32,000 nucleotides of DNA from Candidatus Heimdallarchaeota archaeon (GCA_030668875.1 DAOVER010000027.1:1-32000), one strand, 5' to 3'; counted from the stretch's first letter, positions 16,977 through 27,073 are shown. The notes: a model not told the origin generated them from the letters alone. Program-made: numbers and translations.

Positions 16977-17150
16977 ATGACTCGTAAGGTTATGATAATG
17001 GTTTTAGGCTGCTTTGTTGCAGCAGCAGGTTTGTTTTTTGTACTTTCAGCTACTGTTTTTCCAGCATTAGCAGAAGTTAGCGTCTTTCTATCACAAACTA
17101 TCTCTGTAGCAGATTTAGGTGGAACTGGGATGAGTTTGATAACTTTTTGA
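16977..17150 (+). CDS. Small hydrophobic membrane or secreted peptide (57 aa)
   Basis: MTRKVMIMVLGCFVAAAGLFFVLSATVFPALAEVSVFLSQTISVADLGGTGMSLITF*. Basic N-terminus plus hydrophobic helix. It neatly fills the gap between degV and the deaminase. Confidence 0.6.
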   Translation: MTRKVMIMVLGCFVAAAGLFFVLSATVFPALAEVSVFLSQTISVADLGGTGMSLITF

Positions 17151-17164
17151 ATGCCAATTGATTT

Positions 17165-17608
17165 TTACTCCCCTATGTCCTCATTCCACAGTTCAGGATG
17201 AAGATTAATGAAATCTTTCATCAATTGCTTACATTCTACATTATTGTAGTTAATAATCTCAACTCCTTGTTGTCGGAGATAATCCTCTGGTCCTTTGAAA
17301 GTAGAGTTTTCACCAATTATGATTTTAGGAATCTTGTAGAGTAAAACTGCTCCACTACACATATTACAAGGAGAAAGAGTAGAATAAAGAATAGATTTCT
17401 TGTAATCAACTGATTTCAACCTTCCAGCATTTTCCAGACAATCCATCTCGGCATGAAGTATTGAACTTCTCTTTTGAACGCGTTTGTTATAACCCCTTCC
17501 TACAATCTGACTATCAATAACGAGAACTGAACCAATTGGAATTCCGCCTTCTTCCAAACCTTTTCTAGCTTCAAGTATAGCTTCTTGCATGAAATCATCA
17601 GCAGACAT
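17165..17608 (-). CDS. Cytosine deaminase, yeast Fcy1-type (cytidine/deoxycytidylate deaminase family)
   Basis: HAE and PCNMC zinc motifs, GGIPIGSVLV, IIGEN..F, C-terminal WNEDIGE characteristic of Fcy1-like enzymes. ATG 17608 (MSADDF) is preferred over 17692. Confidence 0.88.
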   Translation of the reverse strand: MSADDFMQEAILEARKGLEEGGIPIGSVLVIDSQIVGRGYNKRVQKRSSILHAEMDCLENAGRLKSVDYKKSILYSTLSPCNMCSGAVLLYKIPKIIIGENSTFKGPEDYLRQQGVEIINYNNVECKQLMKDFINLHPELWNEDIGE

Positions 17609-17756
17609 GCTTAGAACTATGTTATGATCAATATTTGACTTTATCGATAGAGAAATATAAGAATATTTTGTGTACTTTTTTTGCATATACAATTAACAAA
17701 TACTAACTAACTTAAGAGCAAGAAAAATTTAATACAGATTGAATTAAAACTATAAT

Positions 17757-18737
17757 ATGAGAAAGAGCCTATCTATATCACTTAAAAGTTCTGTAGTGGT
17801 GATTGGGTGGGCTTTAACTCCTGTAATCGGAGAATATTTGATAGATTATAATAGACAGCTATCACCTTATCAATTAGCTTTTTTTAGATATTTCTTAGCA
17901 GCTATTGCTCTTTATTTCATTTTGATTTTCCAGCAGAAAGTAAAGAACAAAGAGATAATTTATTCTCTGAAGAATAAATGGCCAAAATACCTTTTAGTTT
18001 CTGTAATGTCAGCCTTTATGCCAGTTCTACTCTTTCTTGCAGTTGAGAATACTTCAGCTTCTTCAGCTTCATTTCTTCTCAATTCAAATATAGTTTTAAT
18101 ACCAGTTATTGCAATAATATTTCTTAAAGAAAAAATAAGGAGAAATTATGTCATCGGGATTGCTGTCTCAATTATAGGTTTGTTCTTAGTGATTTTTGAC
18201 AATAATCTTTTAGCTTTAGCAGATCTTTCTTTTGATACAATTATGGGGAATCTGCTGGCATTTGGTTCTGGCTTCTTTTGGGCATTATATACTGTGTTCT
18301 TGAAGAAGTTTTTTGCAGATGAAAATCCAATATTAGTAACATTTATTTCCCTTCTTATTGGATCGTTCTATCTAGTATTTTTTGCCTTCGCGATACCACC
18401 TTATGTGAGCATGACACTTAATTTTCTTGGAATAACTCTTGTGTTAATAATTGCAGTGTTATCTACGTCACTCGCTTTTAGTTATTGGTTATCACTGTTG
18501 AAAATACTGCCAACAACTCAAACAGGAATCATTCAAAGCTTTGTTCCTATGACTTCTGTACTGTTATCCCTTATTTTTCTCAACGAATCAATAACTTACA
18601 TTTTCGGTATCGGAGGAGTATTAATCATCATAGGGATTATCATAGTTGAATGGAAAATCAAGGAGCATTTTAAGGGAACTATTGATGATGAACAAGAAAA
18701 AGCATCTGAGAAAGAAGATTTAATAGAAAATGATTAG
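17757..18737 (+). CDS. EamA/DMT family transporter
   Basis: Ten TM helices in two repeats, with QLAFFRY, ASSASFL, GNLLAFGSGFFWALYTV and LFLNESIT motifs. Confidence 0.92.
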   Translation: MRKSLSISLKSSVVVIGWALTPVIGEYLIDYNRQLSPYQLAFFRYFLAAIALYFILIFQQKVKNKEIIYSLKNKWPKYLLVSVMSAFMPVLLFLAVENTSASSASFLLNSNIVLIPVIAIIFLKEKIRRNYVIGIAVSIIGLFLVIFDNNLLALADLSFDTIMGNLLAFGSGFFWALYTVFLKKFFADENPILVTFISLLIGSFYLVFFAFAIPPYVSMTLNFLGITLVLIIAVLSTSLAFSYWLSLLKILPTTQTGIIQSFVPMTSVLLSLIFLNESITYIFGIGGVLIIIGIIIVEWKIKEHFKGTIDDEQEKASEKEDLIEND

Positions 18738-18793
18738 TTGTTAGAGAGAAACCTTTTTTTGTTTCTTTGTACTATTTTATTTCAGTGAGTTGT

Positions 18794-19570
18794 ATGAAAA
18801 AACATGAAGAAAATATATGTTTACATAAAGATGACTTCTTAGTTGTGCAAACAAAAGAAATTGAGTTCAATAAGCCTATAGTCTTTGTGACGTTTCCTAG
18901 TCCAGGAATTGTTGGACCGATTATTGCGAGGCAAATGATTGAATCATTAGGATTGAAAGAAATAGGTTTCTTCAAATCTGACACTTTAAGCCCAGTAACA
19001 ATATTTATGAATAATGTTCTCAAGCATCCTTATCTCTTGTACGCCAATGATGAAGGTACCTTACTTCTTATCACGCTTGATTATCCCGTCCCCCATGAAG
19101 CTTACTTAGTTGTAGCAGAAGGTATCAGTGATTTCATTGAAGAACATATAGATGCTCAGCAGATTGTCTGTCTGGATGGCATTCCAGTCAAGCTAAGACC
19201 TGAGAAACCTGTAGTTATAACTGCAGCTGAAAGAAGTGTAGCTGAAGAGCTGAAGAAATATTCGGTTGACCTATATGATCACGGTGTGGTGCTTGGTCTA
19301 TCAGGAGCTTTCATGAGTGAAGCTTTACTAAGAGATATAATTGGTGTTACACTTATGACACCAGCTACTCAAGATTTTCCTGACCCAGAGGCAGCTGTAA
19401 ATCTCATCAATGTAATTAATGACTATTATAAATACTCGATAGATACTGAACCTTTACTCAAAGAAGCTGCTAAGATTAAGGAACAGTTGGCTATGGTAGC
19501 AGAAAAACAGAAATCTATGCCTCAACAAGCTCCTCCTCTACCTAGAAAGAAGAGAGAAGGCTATGTCTAA
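18794..19570 (+). CDS. PAC2 family proteasome assembly chaperone (Pba-like)
   Basis: FPSPGIVGPI, CLDGI, GVVLGLSGA, FPDPEAA, IDTEPLLKEAAKI motifs. C-terminal GYV. ATG 18794 preferred to TTG 18767. Confidence 0.9.
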   Translation: MKKHEENICLHKDDFLVVQTKEIEFNKPIVFVTFPSPGIVGPIIARQMIESLGLKEIGFFKSDTLSPVTIFMNNVLKHPYLLYANDEGTLLLITLDYPVPHEAYLVVAEGISDFIEEHIDAQQIVCLDGIPVKLRPEKPVVITAAERSVAEELKKYSVDLYDHGVVLGLSGAFMSEALLRDIIGVTLMTPATQDFPDPEAAVNLINVINDYYKYSIDTEPLLKEAAKIKEQLAMVAEKQKSMPQQAPPLPRKKREGYV

Positions 19571-19617
19571 AAAGGTTTGAAGCAAATCTTTATCTTTCCT
19601 TTTCTTTTCTTCTACTT

Positions 19618-20589
19618 ATGAAAAAGAGAATTTTTGTGACACGCGAGATTCCTCAAGTAGGTATTGACATTCTTCAACAACATTATGAAGTAGAAATTTT
19701 TCCCGAAAAACGACCTATAACCAAAGATGAGCTGATCAAAGGTGCAATGGACTGTGATGGGCTTCTCCCTTTGCTCACAGATAAAGTTGATATTGAAGTA
19801 ATGGATGAAACAGGAATAAAAGCCATAGCAAATTATGCTGTGGGAGTTGACAATATCGACGTAAAAGCAGCTACTCAGCGAAATATCCCAGTCACAAATA
19901 CTCCTGGAGTTCTAACAGACGCAACAGCTGATCTGACTTGGGCACTGTTACTTAGTGTTTCTCGTCGTATTGTGGAAGCAGACAAATACCTTCGAGAAGG
20001 TAATTTTGTTGGTTGGGATTCTATGTTGTATCTTGGTGGTGATTTCGCAGGTAGAACAATAGGCATAATTGGTCTTGGAAGGATAGGTCAAGCTGTAGCA
20101 CGAAGAGCAGCTGGGTTTGACATGAACATCATCTATCATAGCACTTCTTCGCATCCAAAACTCGAAAGTCAATTAGGAATGAAAAGGGTCTCTCTAGAAG
20201 AACTGTTGAAAGAATCAGATTACGTTACTATCCATACACCATACAGTAAGAAGACTCATCATCTTATAGGTAAGAAAGAATTTGAGATTATGAAACCCAC
20301 AGCTTATCTCATTAATACAGCAAGAGGAAAAGTTGTCAATGAAGAAGAACTAGTAGTCGCTCTGGTCACAGGAAAGATTGACGGTGCAGGTCTAGACGTT
20401 TATTATAATGAACCTAAGGTCAACAAGGGGTTGATAGATCTTCCAAATGTTGTATTGCTTCCTCATATAGGCACAGCTAGCCTTTATACAAGATCTAAAA
20501 TGGCTTTGATGGCTGCAGAAAACTTACATGCTGCTTTAAGTGGCGAGAGACCAGAAAACATAGTTAATCCAGAATTATATGATAAATAA
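19618..20589 (+). CDS. gyaR: Glyoxylate reductase / D-glycerate dehydrogenase (D-2-hydroxyacid dehydrogenase family)
   Basis: NYAVGVDNID, TNTPGVLTDATADL, GIIGLGRIG, INTARG, GAGLDVY..EP, LPHIG. Confidence 0.92.
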   Translation: MKKRIFVTREIPQVGIDILQQHYEVEIFPEKRPITKDELIKGAMDCDGLLPLLTDKVDIEVMDETGIKAIANYAVGVDNIDVKAATQRNIPVTNTPGVLTDATADLTWALLLSVSRRIVEADKYLREGNFVGWDSMLYLGGDFAGRTIGIIGLGRIGQAVARRAAGFDMNIIYHSTSSHPKLESQLGMKRVSLEELLKESDYVTIHTPYSKKTHHLIGKKEFEIMKPTAYLINTARGKVVNEEELVVALVTGKIDGAGLDVYYNEPKVNKGLIDLPNVVLLPHIGTASLYTRSKMALMAAENLHAALSGERPENIVNPELYDK

Positions 20590-21663
20590 TCATTTGAATA
20601 ATTCGTTTCGATGATACTCTTTTTCATTAATTTTCATTCTTGATAAAGGAAAGTAATAATGGTCTAATCTAGTATCGGGAAATAGACCTACATGCACAAT
20701 CCCTAAGAATTTGTCAGCTACAGTGGCACAAAAAGGGTTCTTTGCTTGAGGATTTGTTCCCATTCCTATTTGTTTAATTTTTACGTCTTCAGTGCTAAGC
20801 ATTCTCTGAAGATGCTCACCTTTTTTTCCCCCTCCGATACAATCAACTAGAGTATTATCTTTAAATGTTAGAGTAAGTAGTTGTGTTATTTCTTCTTGCC
20901 ATCCAGGGAAGATGTTTAAGGTACCATTGATAGAACACTCAGTTTGTCCAAACTCCAATTCCAGTGTAATCTCGCCTGCAGGGAGATTAGAAAACATTCC
21001 AGGTGATGTACAAAAACCTGATTCCCATAACCAATCTACTGGTGTTAAAAATTCAAGCGAAAGATGGCTTCCTGCCACATCAAAGAGTTCAAGTTTTCTG
21101 GCTCCTTGAATTAAACTGAAAAGTTTTGTAGTAACTTTTTCAACTTCTAAAAGATCTACATCTAAAGGTCCACCTGTATAAAAAATATCAGGTGGGACAA
21201 GAGGAGCTGACACATGTCTAATTTTCTTCTCATCAAGAGGGATTCTCAAAGATGGAACATCAGTCAATGAGAATTCTGTCAATGTAATTACCAAATCAGA
21301 TTCTTGTATTTTCTTATTCATAATTTCATCTTTTGGATCTATATAATGTTGATAAGTTGGTTTAATGAGATGTAATTCTATTTTTTCAGGTTTGATTTCT
21401 TTTATAATTTCATAAATTCTCTTAGCTAACAAGTTTCTTTCTACTATTGATTGAAGAACAGTTGTTGGTTTGTTCACAAAATCCTCTATGGTTGGATAAT
21501 CACTGATAATTAGAATTCTTTCCTGCTCCCCAACTCTCCAAGCCTCATCTAACAATCTCTTAACTATAGGTTGGATAGATTCATTGAGGAAGCTCACAAT
21601 AATATCTAATTGAACATGCTGATTTTTACTTAAAAACATTAGTCTAAAGGAAAAAGGGTTCAA
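20590..21663 (-). CDS. Peptidase M29 (aminopeptidase T/AmpS)-like protein with partly degenerate metal ligands
   Basis: FSNLPAGEI, IGMGTNPQAK, DKFLGIVHVG match the M29-like archaeal aminopeptidase layout. Several acidic ligands appear substituted. Confidence 0.7.
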   Translation of the reverse strand: MNPFSFRLMFLSKNQHVQLDIIVSFLNESIQPIVKRLLDEAWRVGEQERILIISDYPTIEDFVNKPTTVLQSIVERNLLAKRIYEIIKEIKPEKIELHLIKPTYQHYIDPKDEIMNKKIQESDLVITLTEFSLTDVPSLRIPLDEKKIRHVSAPLVPPDIFYTGGPLDVDLLEVEKVTTKLFSLIQGARKLELFDVAGSHLSLEFLTPVDWLWESGFCTSPGMFSNLPAGEITLELEFGQTECSINGTLNIFPGWQEEITQLLTLTFKDNTLVDCIGGGKKGEHLQRMLSTEDVKIKQIGMGTNPQAKNPFCATVADKFLGIVHVGLFPDTRLDHYYFPLSRMKINEKEYHRNELFK

Positions 21664-21669
21664 TGATTC

Positions 21670-21694
21670 AAATGATGATATCTTAACATCATTT
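21670..21694. promoter_or_regulatory. 8-bp inverted repeat directly upstream of the M29-like gene start
   Basis: AAATGATG-ATATCTTAA-CATCATTT, 6 nt from the TTG start on the minus strand. Confidence 0.3.
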
Positions 21695-21818
21695 TAGCAA
21701 AAAATTCCCAAGAGATACATTCACCAAAGTCGATGTAAGAAGACTTGTCTTGACACTCTTCTAATAGTTTGACAAAAACTGGTTCGATTATAAAAAAACG
21801 TTACTAAAAAATCACGAT

Positions 21819-22790
21819 CTATTCGTCAAACTCCACTCCACAATTATTACAGAATTGTGTTTTGGTAAATAGTTTAGCTCCACAATTATAACAGAAGCTT
21901 ACACCAGGTTCACTAAGAGCAGCTGTATCAGCTATAGTTTCTTGGGTTTGTGGTTGAGTATAATCAGTATTAGGTGCAAAAATTGGATCTTTAAAACCTG
22001 TTTGTACCTGTATCATTGATGTAGCTGATACTGGCATTTCTTTTATCAAAAGAGCATCTTTACTTAATCTAAAGAAACCTACAATAACACAAGTTAAACC
22101 TCCCAAAGCTGTTACTCCAGCTATGATTAGAGGTACTAAAGAAACAAAAGTTAGAGTAAATGAAAGAGGAACAAATGAAAGATTAAAAACCAGTTGACCA
22201 AAGAAAATCAATCTGCTCTCCTTCTTGGGAAATAATCCCAACTCATGTAAAATTTTGAAAGTTCTGCAAATGAAAAAATAACCAACTGTCATTATGACAG
22301 TAGAAGCTAGATACATGAAAAGGGTGATGAAAATTGTAATTTCAGGGTAAATAAAAAGCACTAACGAACCAATAATAGGAAGTATGATACCTATTATAAG
22401 GAAAATACTTGTACTCTTTGCAACTTGTCCTACTCTTGGATCAATATTGGCCAATGTAGCAAAGTTTGAGCTTAGTAGCAATATTGAAACCAAATATGCT
22501 ATACCTAAGATGAATATGAAAAAACCTGTGAACATTATTATCGTCATCGATGGCAAATACTGAGACATAGTTGCATCAAGGTAATTTACTAAAGCATCAG
22601 GATCGTCTAATACACTTTGAGGAATCTTGAGAAGTTCTAATATCAAATTGTAAATCGACACTCCTACGATAATCGCACATAAAGCGAGAAATATTTGTAT
22701 AAATGCAAGTCTCTTAGCGTTCTTACTAATCTTTACTTTAATTTGATTCATTGGTTGATAATTGTTCGAATAAATACTGTTCTCCTCCAA
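21819..22790 (-). CDS. Multi-TM membrane protein with C-terminal zinc ribbon (paralogue family 1 of 3)
   Basis: About 6 TM. GLFPKKESRL and GFFRLSKDALLI motifs shared with 27074 and 28051. FCYNCG...FCNNCG. Confidence 0.85.
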   Translation of the reverse strand: MEENSIYSNNYQPMNQIKVKISKNAKRLAFIQIFLALCAIIVGVSIYNLILELLKIPQSVLDDPDALVNYLDATMSQYLPSMTIIMFTGFFIFILGIAYLVSILLLSSNFATLANIDPRVGQVAKSTSIFLIIGIILPIIGSLVLFIYPEITIFITLFMYLASTVIMTVGYFFICRTFKILHELGLFPKKESRLIFFGQLVFNLSFVPLSFTLTFVSLVPLIIAGVTALGGLTCVIVGFFRLSKDALLIKEMPVSATSMIQVQTGFKDPIFAPNTDYTQPQTQETIADTAALSEPGVSFCYNCGAKLFTKTQFCNNCGVEFDE

Positions 22791-22955
22791 GTAATTCTCT
22801 GGTTATTTTTTCTATCTATTTTATTTAAATCTAGCTAATCAATGATTACAATAAACTTCTTTTTTCCTCTTTTCTTTTTTTCACTTCAAGTGAAACAGAT
22901 TTATTAAAGCAAAGAAATAACTATTCTTATTCAGTATTGATATGGAGTTAAGTCA

Positions 22956-24893
22956 ATGAATGAAAATCATGATTCTTCCAATGAGCCCCTTGAAAATAAG
23001 GTAAAAGATGATGAAACATTAGAATCAGAATCTGAAGACATTTATCACTCAATGTTTAAGAATTCAATTGATGCGATGTTCATAGCTGATACTGAAGGAA
23101 ATATAATAGATGGAAATCAAGCTTTGTTAGATATGTCAGGATACAATAGGGAAGAACTACTCAATATTAATGCAATGGATTTATACAATAGTCCTGAAAC
23201 AAGAAAGCAATTTCTTGAAGATATTATGAGAGCAAAATCAGTTAGAAATTATGAAATAAAGTACAAAAGAAAAGATGGAACTATTACATCAAATCTTCTA
23301 ACAGCTACACAGAGAATTTCTAGGTCAGGCGAATTTTTAGGTTTTCAAGGAATCATTCGTGACGTCACACAACAGAAAATTATGGAAAAAGCCTTAAGGG
23401 AATCTCAGTTTCAGTATCAAATTCTTTTTGAAAATTCCGGATCATCGATGGTAATAGTAGAAGCGGATACGACTGTTGCTTTAATGAATTCTCAGTTTGA
23501 AGAGGTTTCTGGATACTCAAGGGAAGAGGTAGTTGGGCACAGTTTCTTGAAGTACCTACCTGAGAACGAACGAGACAGAATCATTCAATACCATCAAAAG
23601 AGAAGAATCGACCCCTCCTCAGTTCCCAATATTGTAGAAATAAAACTTAGTACAAAAACAGGAAAAGAAAGAAATTTTGTTTATACAGTAGCTCTGATTC
23701 CTGGATCAGATAGAAGTCTTGTAAGTCTCATGGATGTTACAACATTAAAAGAAACAGAAACTGCTCTTCAAGATAGTATTGAAAACTACAAAACCTTAGT
23801 AGGTATTTCTCCAGATGCTATTATAAAAACTGACCTAGATTTAAATGTACTTATGGCAAATCAGCAAACATATACCTTTTTAGGGTTTGAGAAAGAAGAG
23901 GAGTTAATTGGAAAAACCCTTCTTGATTTTATAGGTGAAGATATTACACAAAAAATTGTATCACTTGCTGAGGAAATAAACAGAGAAGGACTTTACTTAA
24001 ATCTTGATTTTGATATGGTAGGTCCAGATGGAGAATTAATTAATTTGAGTGCAAGTATTTCTGTTGTTTATGAGAATGAACAACCTCAAGCATATATTGT
24101 TCAAGTCAGAAATGTCACTAGCTATAAAGAGCTAGAAAATCAACTGACTGAATACACACATAGATTGGAAGAAATGGTGGAAGACAAAGCAGCACAATTG
24201 ATGGATCAGGAACGTGCGGTGATGCTTGGAAGATTAGCAGGGAGTATAGGTCACGACATTAATAATCCTCTTCAGTATGTACTAGGAAATGCAGAACTCC
24301 TAGGAGTATTATTACAAGAGGGTATTCCAGACACAAGTAAATTGATATCACTAAATGAAAGACTGATAGAAGGATGCTATAGAATAGGAGACGTCTCCAA
24401 AAGGCTTAGAAGAGTTTCGAGGAAAGGAGAGTTAACTGTTTTCAATATTTATGATGCACTTGAAACAGCAATTACCATGACTAGAGGTAAATGGAGATAT
24501 AAATGTGAACAGCTTGATCTCAATTATACTGCTCAAAACCCTACAAGTATCAAGGGTGTAGAAAATGATATCTCACACGTTTTTATGAATCTTCTTGTAA
24601 ACTCTTCTCAAGCAATTGATACTAAAGGAAAAATAAAGATAAGTGTCTCCACGGATGAAAATAAAGATAACGTGATATTTGAAGTAGAAGATGATGGAGC
24701 TGGAATGTCTTCTGACATTGTAGATAAAATTGGCAAGGAAAGCTTTACAACAAAACCCTTAGAAGAAGGTACAGGATTAGGATTACTATGGGTGTACGAA
24801 ATTATGGAACAACACTTCAGCAAGATATCATTTGAATCAGATATAAACAAGGGAACAAAATTCAGACTTATTTTTCCTATAGAAAAGGAATAG
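22956..24893 (+). CDS. Cytoplasmic sensor histidine kinase, 3 PAS + HisKA + HATPase_c
   Basis: Three PAS starts (MFKNSIDAM, LFENSGSSM, LVGISPDAI). H-box GSIGHDINNPL, N-box NLLVNSSQAI, DDGAGM, FTTK, GTGLGL. Confidence 0.93.
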   Translation: MNENHDSSNEPLENKVKDDETLESESEDIYHSMFKNSIDAMFIADTEGNIIDGNQALLDMSGYNREELLNINAMDLYNSPETRKQFLEDIMRAKSVRNYEIKYKRKDGTITSNLLTATQRISRSGEFLGFQGIIRDVTQQKIMEKALRESQFQYQILFENSGSSMVIVEADTTVALMNSQFEEVSGYSREEVVGHSFLKYLPENERDRIIQYHQKRRIDPSSVPNIVEIKLSTKTGKERNFVYTVALIPGSDRSLVSLMDVTTLKETETALQDSIENYKTLVGISPDAIIKTDLDLNVLMANQQTYTFLGFEKEEELIGKTLLDFIGEDITQKIVSLAEEINREGLYLNLDFDMVGPDGELINLSASISVVYENEQPQAYIVQVRNVTSYKELENQLTEYTHRLEEMVEDKAAQLMDQERAVMLGRLAGSIGHDINNPLQYVLGNAELLGVLLQEGIPDTSKLISLNERLIEGCYRIGDVSKRLRRVSRKGELTVFNIYDALETAITMTRGKWRYKCEQLDLNYTAQNPTSIKGVENDISHVFMNLLVNSSQAIDTKGKIKISVSTDENKDNVIFEVEDDGAGMSSDIVDKIGKESFTTKPLEEGTGLGLLWVYEIMEQHFSKISFESDINKGTKFRLIFPIEKE

Positions 24894-25052
24894 TCATATC
24901 AAGTATTCTCTTCTCACTTTCTTTTCTCAAACTCTAGTACACCTATTTTTTCAAACATGAAACCTATAATTTTTGTTATTAATGACATAAAACAATTCTT
25001 GATGGCTTAATCTCTTATCTTTAAACCCCTTTTGCATTAAGGAGAAAACAGG

Positions 25053-26942
25053 TTAACTGTCAGACAAAGGAAAGAAAATGTCCACTTGCGTAAACTCTCC
25101 TTTAGTGCTCTTTAGATCAATATAACCGTTATGTTGTCTAGTTAAACCATACACTTGAGATAATCCTAACCCACTCCCTTCACCTTTAGGTTTTGTTGTA
25201 TAAAATGGATCGAAGACTTTGTTTAAATCTTCTTTATCAATTCCTTCTCCATTATCAATTACGCATATTTTTACAAAATTAGAATCTTGCATTGGCATAT
25301 TTATTGATTCAAAATCTTTAACTTCAGAAGAATGGACTATCTGAGTTAGAATTTGAATTTTACCACCTTGTTTAAGTGCATCTTTTGAGTTTACAATCAA
25401 GTTCAATAAAATTTGTTGCAACTGGATCTTGTTAATTTTGATTTTAAAATCTTCAATGTTTATATCTACTGATATATTGGCAGGAAGACTTGAACTAGCT
25501 AATCTTACAGTTTCCTCAACAATTGGTTTTAGATCTAGAACTTCATCATATGCTTTAGATTGACCAGAAAAATCTAGTATTTGGTCAATTAAGTCATTAC
25601 CCTTTGCTGCTTGTTCAAGTATCATATTTCCAAGATTCCTAAGATTTTCATCTTTTGATTGAGTTTCAATTAATTCTGCTGCACCTGAAATTGCCCAAAT
25701 AATATTTTTAAAATCATGTGAGATACCTCTTGCAAGTTTACCTATAGATGCTAACTTCTCTTGAGTTTGAACTTTGTCTCTTATCTTATTTTCAGAAGTT
25801 ATATCGTGAATAACGAGAATAGAATCGCCTGATTGAGCCCCTTGGGTGATTTTCATTCCACCAATATGAAATACTCTTGCATCTGGACTATCAACATGAA
25901 TCTTATAAAATGTTAAATTTGAAGAAGGTGGGTTCAGTATCTCTTCAATAGAATAATCAGATATATTCTGAACTTTGTTTGTCTGTTTGCCTTTCACTAG
26001 GTAGGGTAAGAACTCTGTAGCTGCAGAATTCTTGATAATAACTCTATATTCTTCATCTAGAAGTACGATACCTTCAGGAATATTTTCAATTAGAGAATGG
26101 AGTCTCTGCGAATGTTTGCTTTGTAGATTCTGAAAAAGAAGAGAGAGAGGATCTTTCAAACTAACATGAACAGTAGCTCTATAAAAGAAATATAGTGAAA
26201 TAAAACGAGCAATATGACCAAAAATGTTGAAAGTACCTGTAACATCAAAATATAGTGAAAAGAAAAATTCACCCAATATAGAAAATGAAATTGCCGCACT
26301 AATAAAATAAAATATTGAAGAACTAAAATTAGATCGTTTAAAATATAGAACAACAATACTAGAAGCGTAAATCAAACAGATGATAAACTCACTAATTATT
26401 TTAAAAGTAGTTAGACCAGTTCCCTCAATATAACAATCTGGGAAGTGACCAGTGAAAGCCAATGTTAAAAGAACAGCTGTAACAACTCCAAGAACTATCC
26501 AAACTACACTGATATTCAATTTTCTACCTATAAATAAAACTGATAAAAACAAAGTCATTGCTTGGAAGGCTCTGCCTGCTATCCACAACTGCGTCGGTAA
26601 ATTAGCATCATAACCAATGAAAATATTCATGCCTTTGTAGGAGAGAGTATGTAACAAATCGATAATACCCATAAAGAAAAATGAGAGACCAAGAAGGGTG
26701 AAAAACTGATTGTCAATAGCTTTCCTTGTGTTCCAAAAAACAAGAAAAATAGTTAAAGTCATCATAATACCTACTAGTTCTATAACACTATGAAAGAGTA
26801 AATAATTATCATAGAAACTAGTTAAGTAGATAATTATAATTAAAGAACATATGAAAATATATTCTCTATACCTACGAAAGTTTTTTTGGAATCTCTCGGT
26901 TATATTTGTTGTACCATCATTGTTCATAATTGCACACCCCAT
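25053..26942 (-). CDS. Membrane sensor histidine kinase, MASE3 + PAS + HisKA + HATPase_c
   Basis: YLLFHSVIEL, DLLHTLSYKGM and TQLWIAGR are MASE3 motifs. PAS IENIPEGIV, H-box ISHDFKN, NLIVNSKDAL, FDPFYTTK, GSGLGL. No receiver domain. Confidence 0.92.
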   Translation of the reverse strand: MGCAIMNNDGTTNITERFQKNFRRYREYIFICSLIIIIYLTSFYDNYLLFHSVIELVGIMMTLTIFLVFWNTRKAIDNQFFTLLGLSFFFMGIIDLLHTLSYKGMNIFIGYDANLPTQLWIAGRAFQAMTLFLSVLFIGRKLNISVVWIVLGVVTAVLLTLAFTGHFPDCYIEGTGLTTFKIISEFIICLIYASSIVVLYFKRSNFSSSIFYFISAAISFSILGEFFFSLYFDVTGTFNIFGHIARFISLYFFYRATVHVSLKDPLSLLFQNLQSKHSQRLHSLIENIPEGIVLLDEEYRVIIKNSAATEFLPYLVKGKQTNKVQNISDYSIEEILNPPSSNLTFYKIHVDSPDARVFHIGGMKITQGAQSGDSILVIHDITSENKIRDKVQTQEKLASIGKLARGISHDFKNIIWAISGAAELIETQSKDENLRNLGNMILEQAAKGNDLIDQILDFSGQSKAYDEVLDLKPIVEETVRLASSSLPANISVDINIEDFKIKINKIQLQQILLNLIVNSKDALKQGGKIQILTQIVHSSEVKDFESINMPMQDSNFVKICVIDNGEGIDKEDLNKVFDPFYTTKPKGEGSGLGLSQVYGLTRQHNGYIDLKSTKGEFTQVDIFFPLSDS

Positions 26943-27073
26943 GCAATGAACAAATACTAAATTTTCCTCAATAATGTTTTACAAAGGTTCCCTAATAAAA
27001 ACTTTTCTTCGTTTTTTTCTTTAGATTATTCTAATATCTAACAAAATGAAAGTGAAGCAGAAAATAAGTGGTT

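Noticed and set aside
18772-21109. ORFs 18772-19023(-), 19875-20066(-), 19948-20172(-) and 20912-21109(+)
   Set aside because: Antisense shadows of PAC2, gyaR and the M29-like gene.
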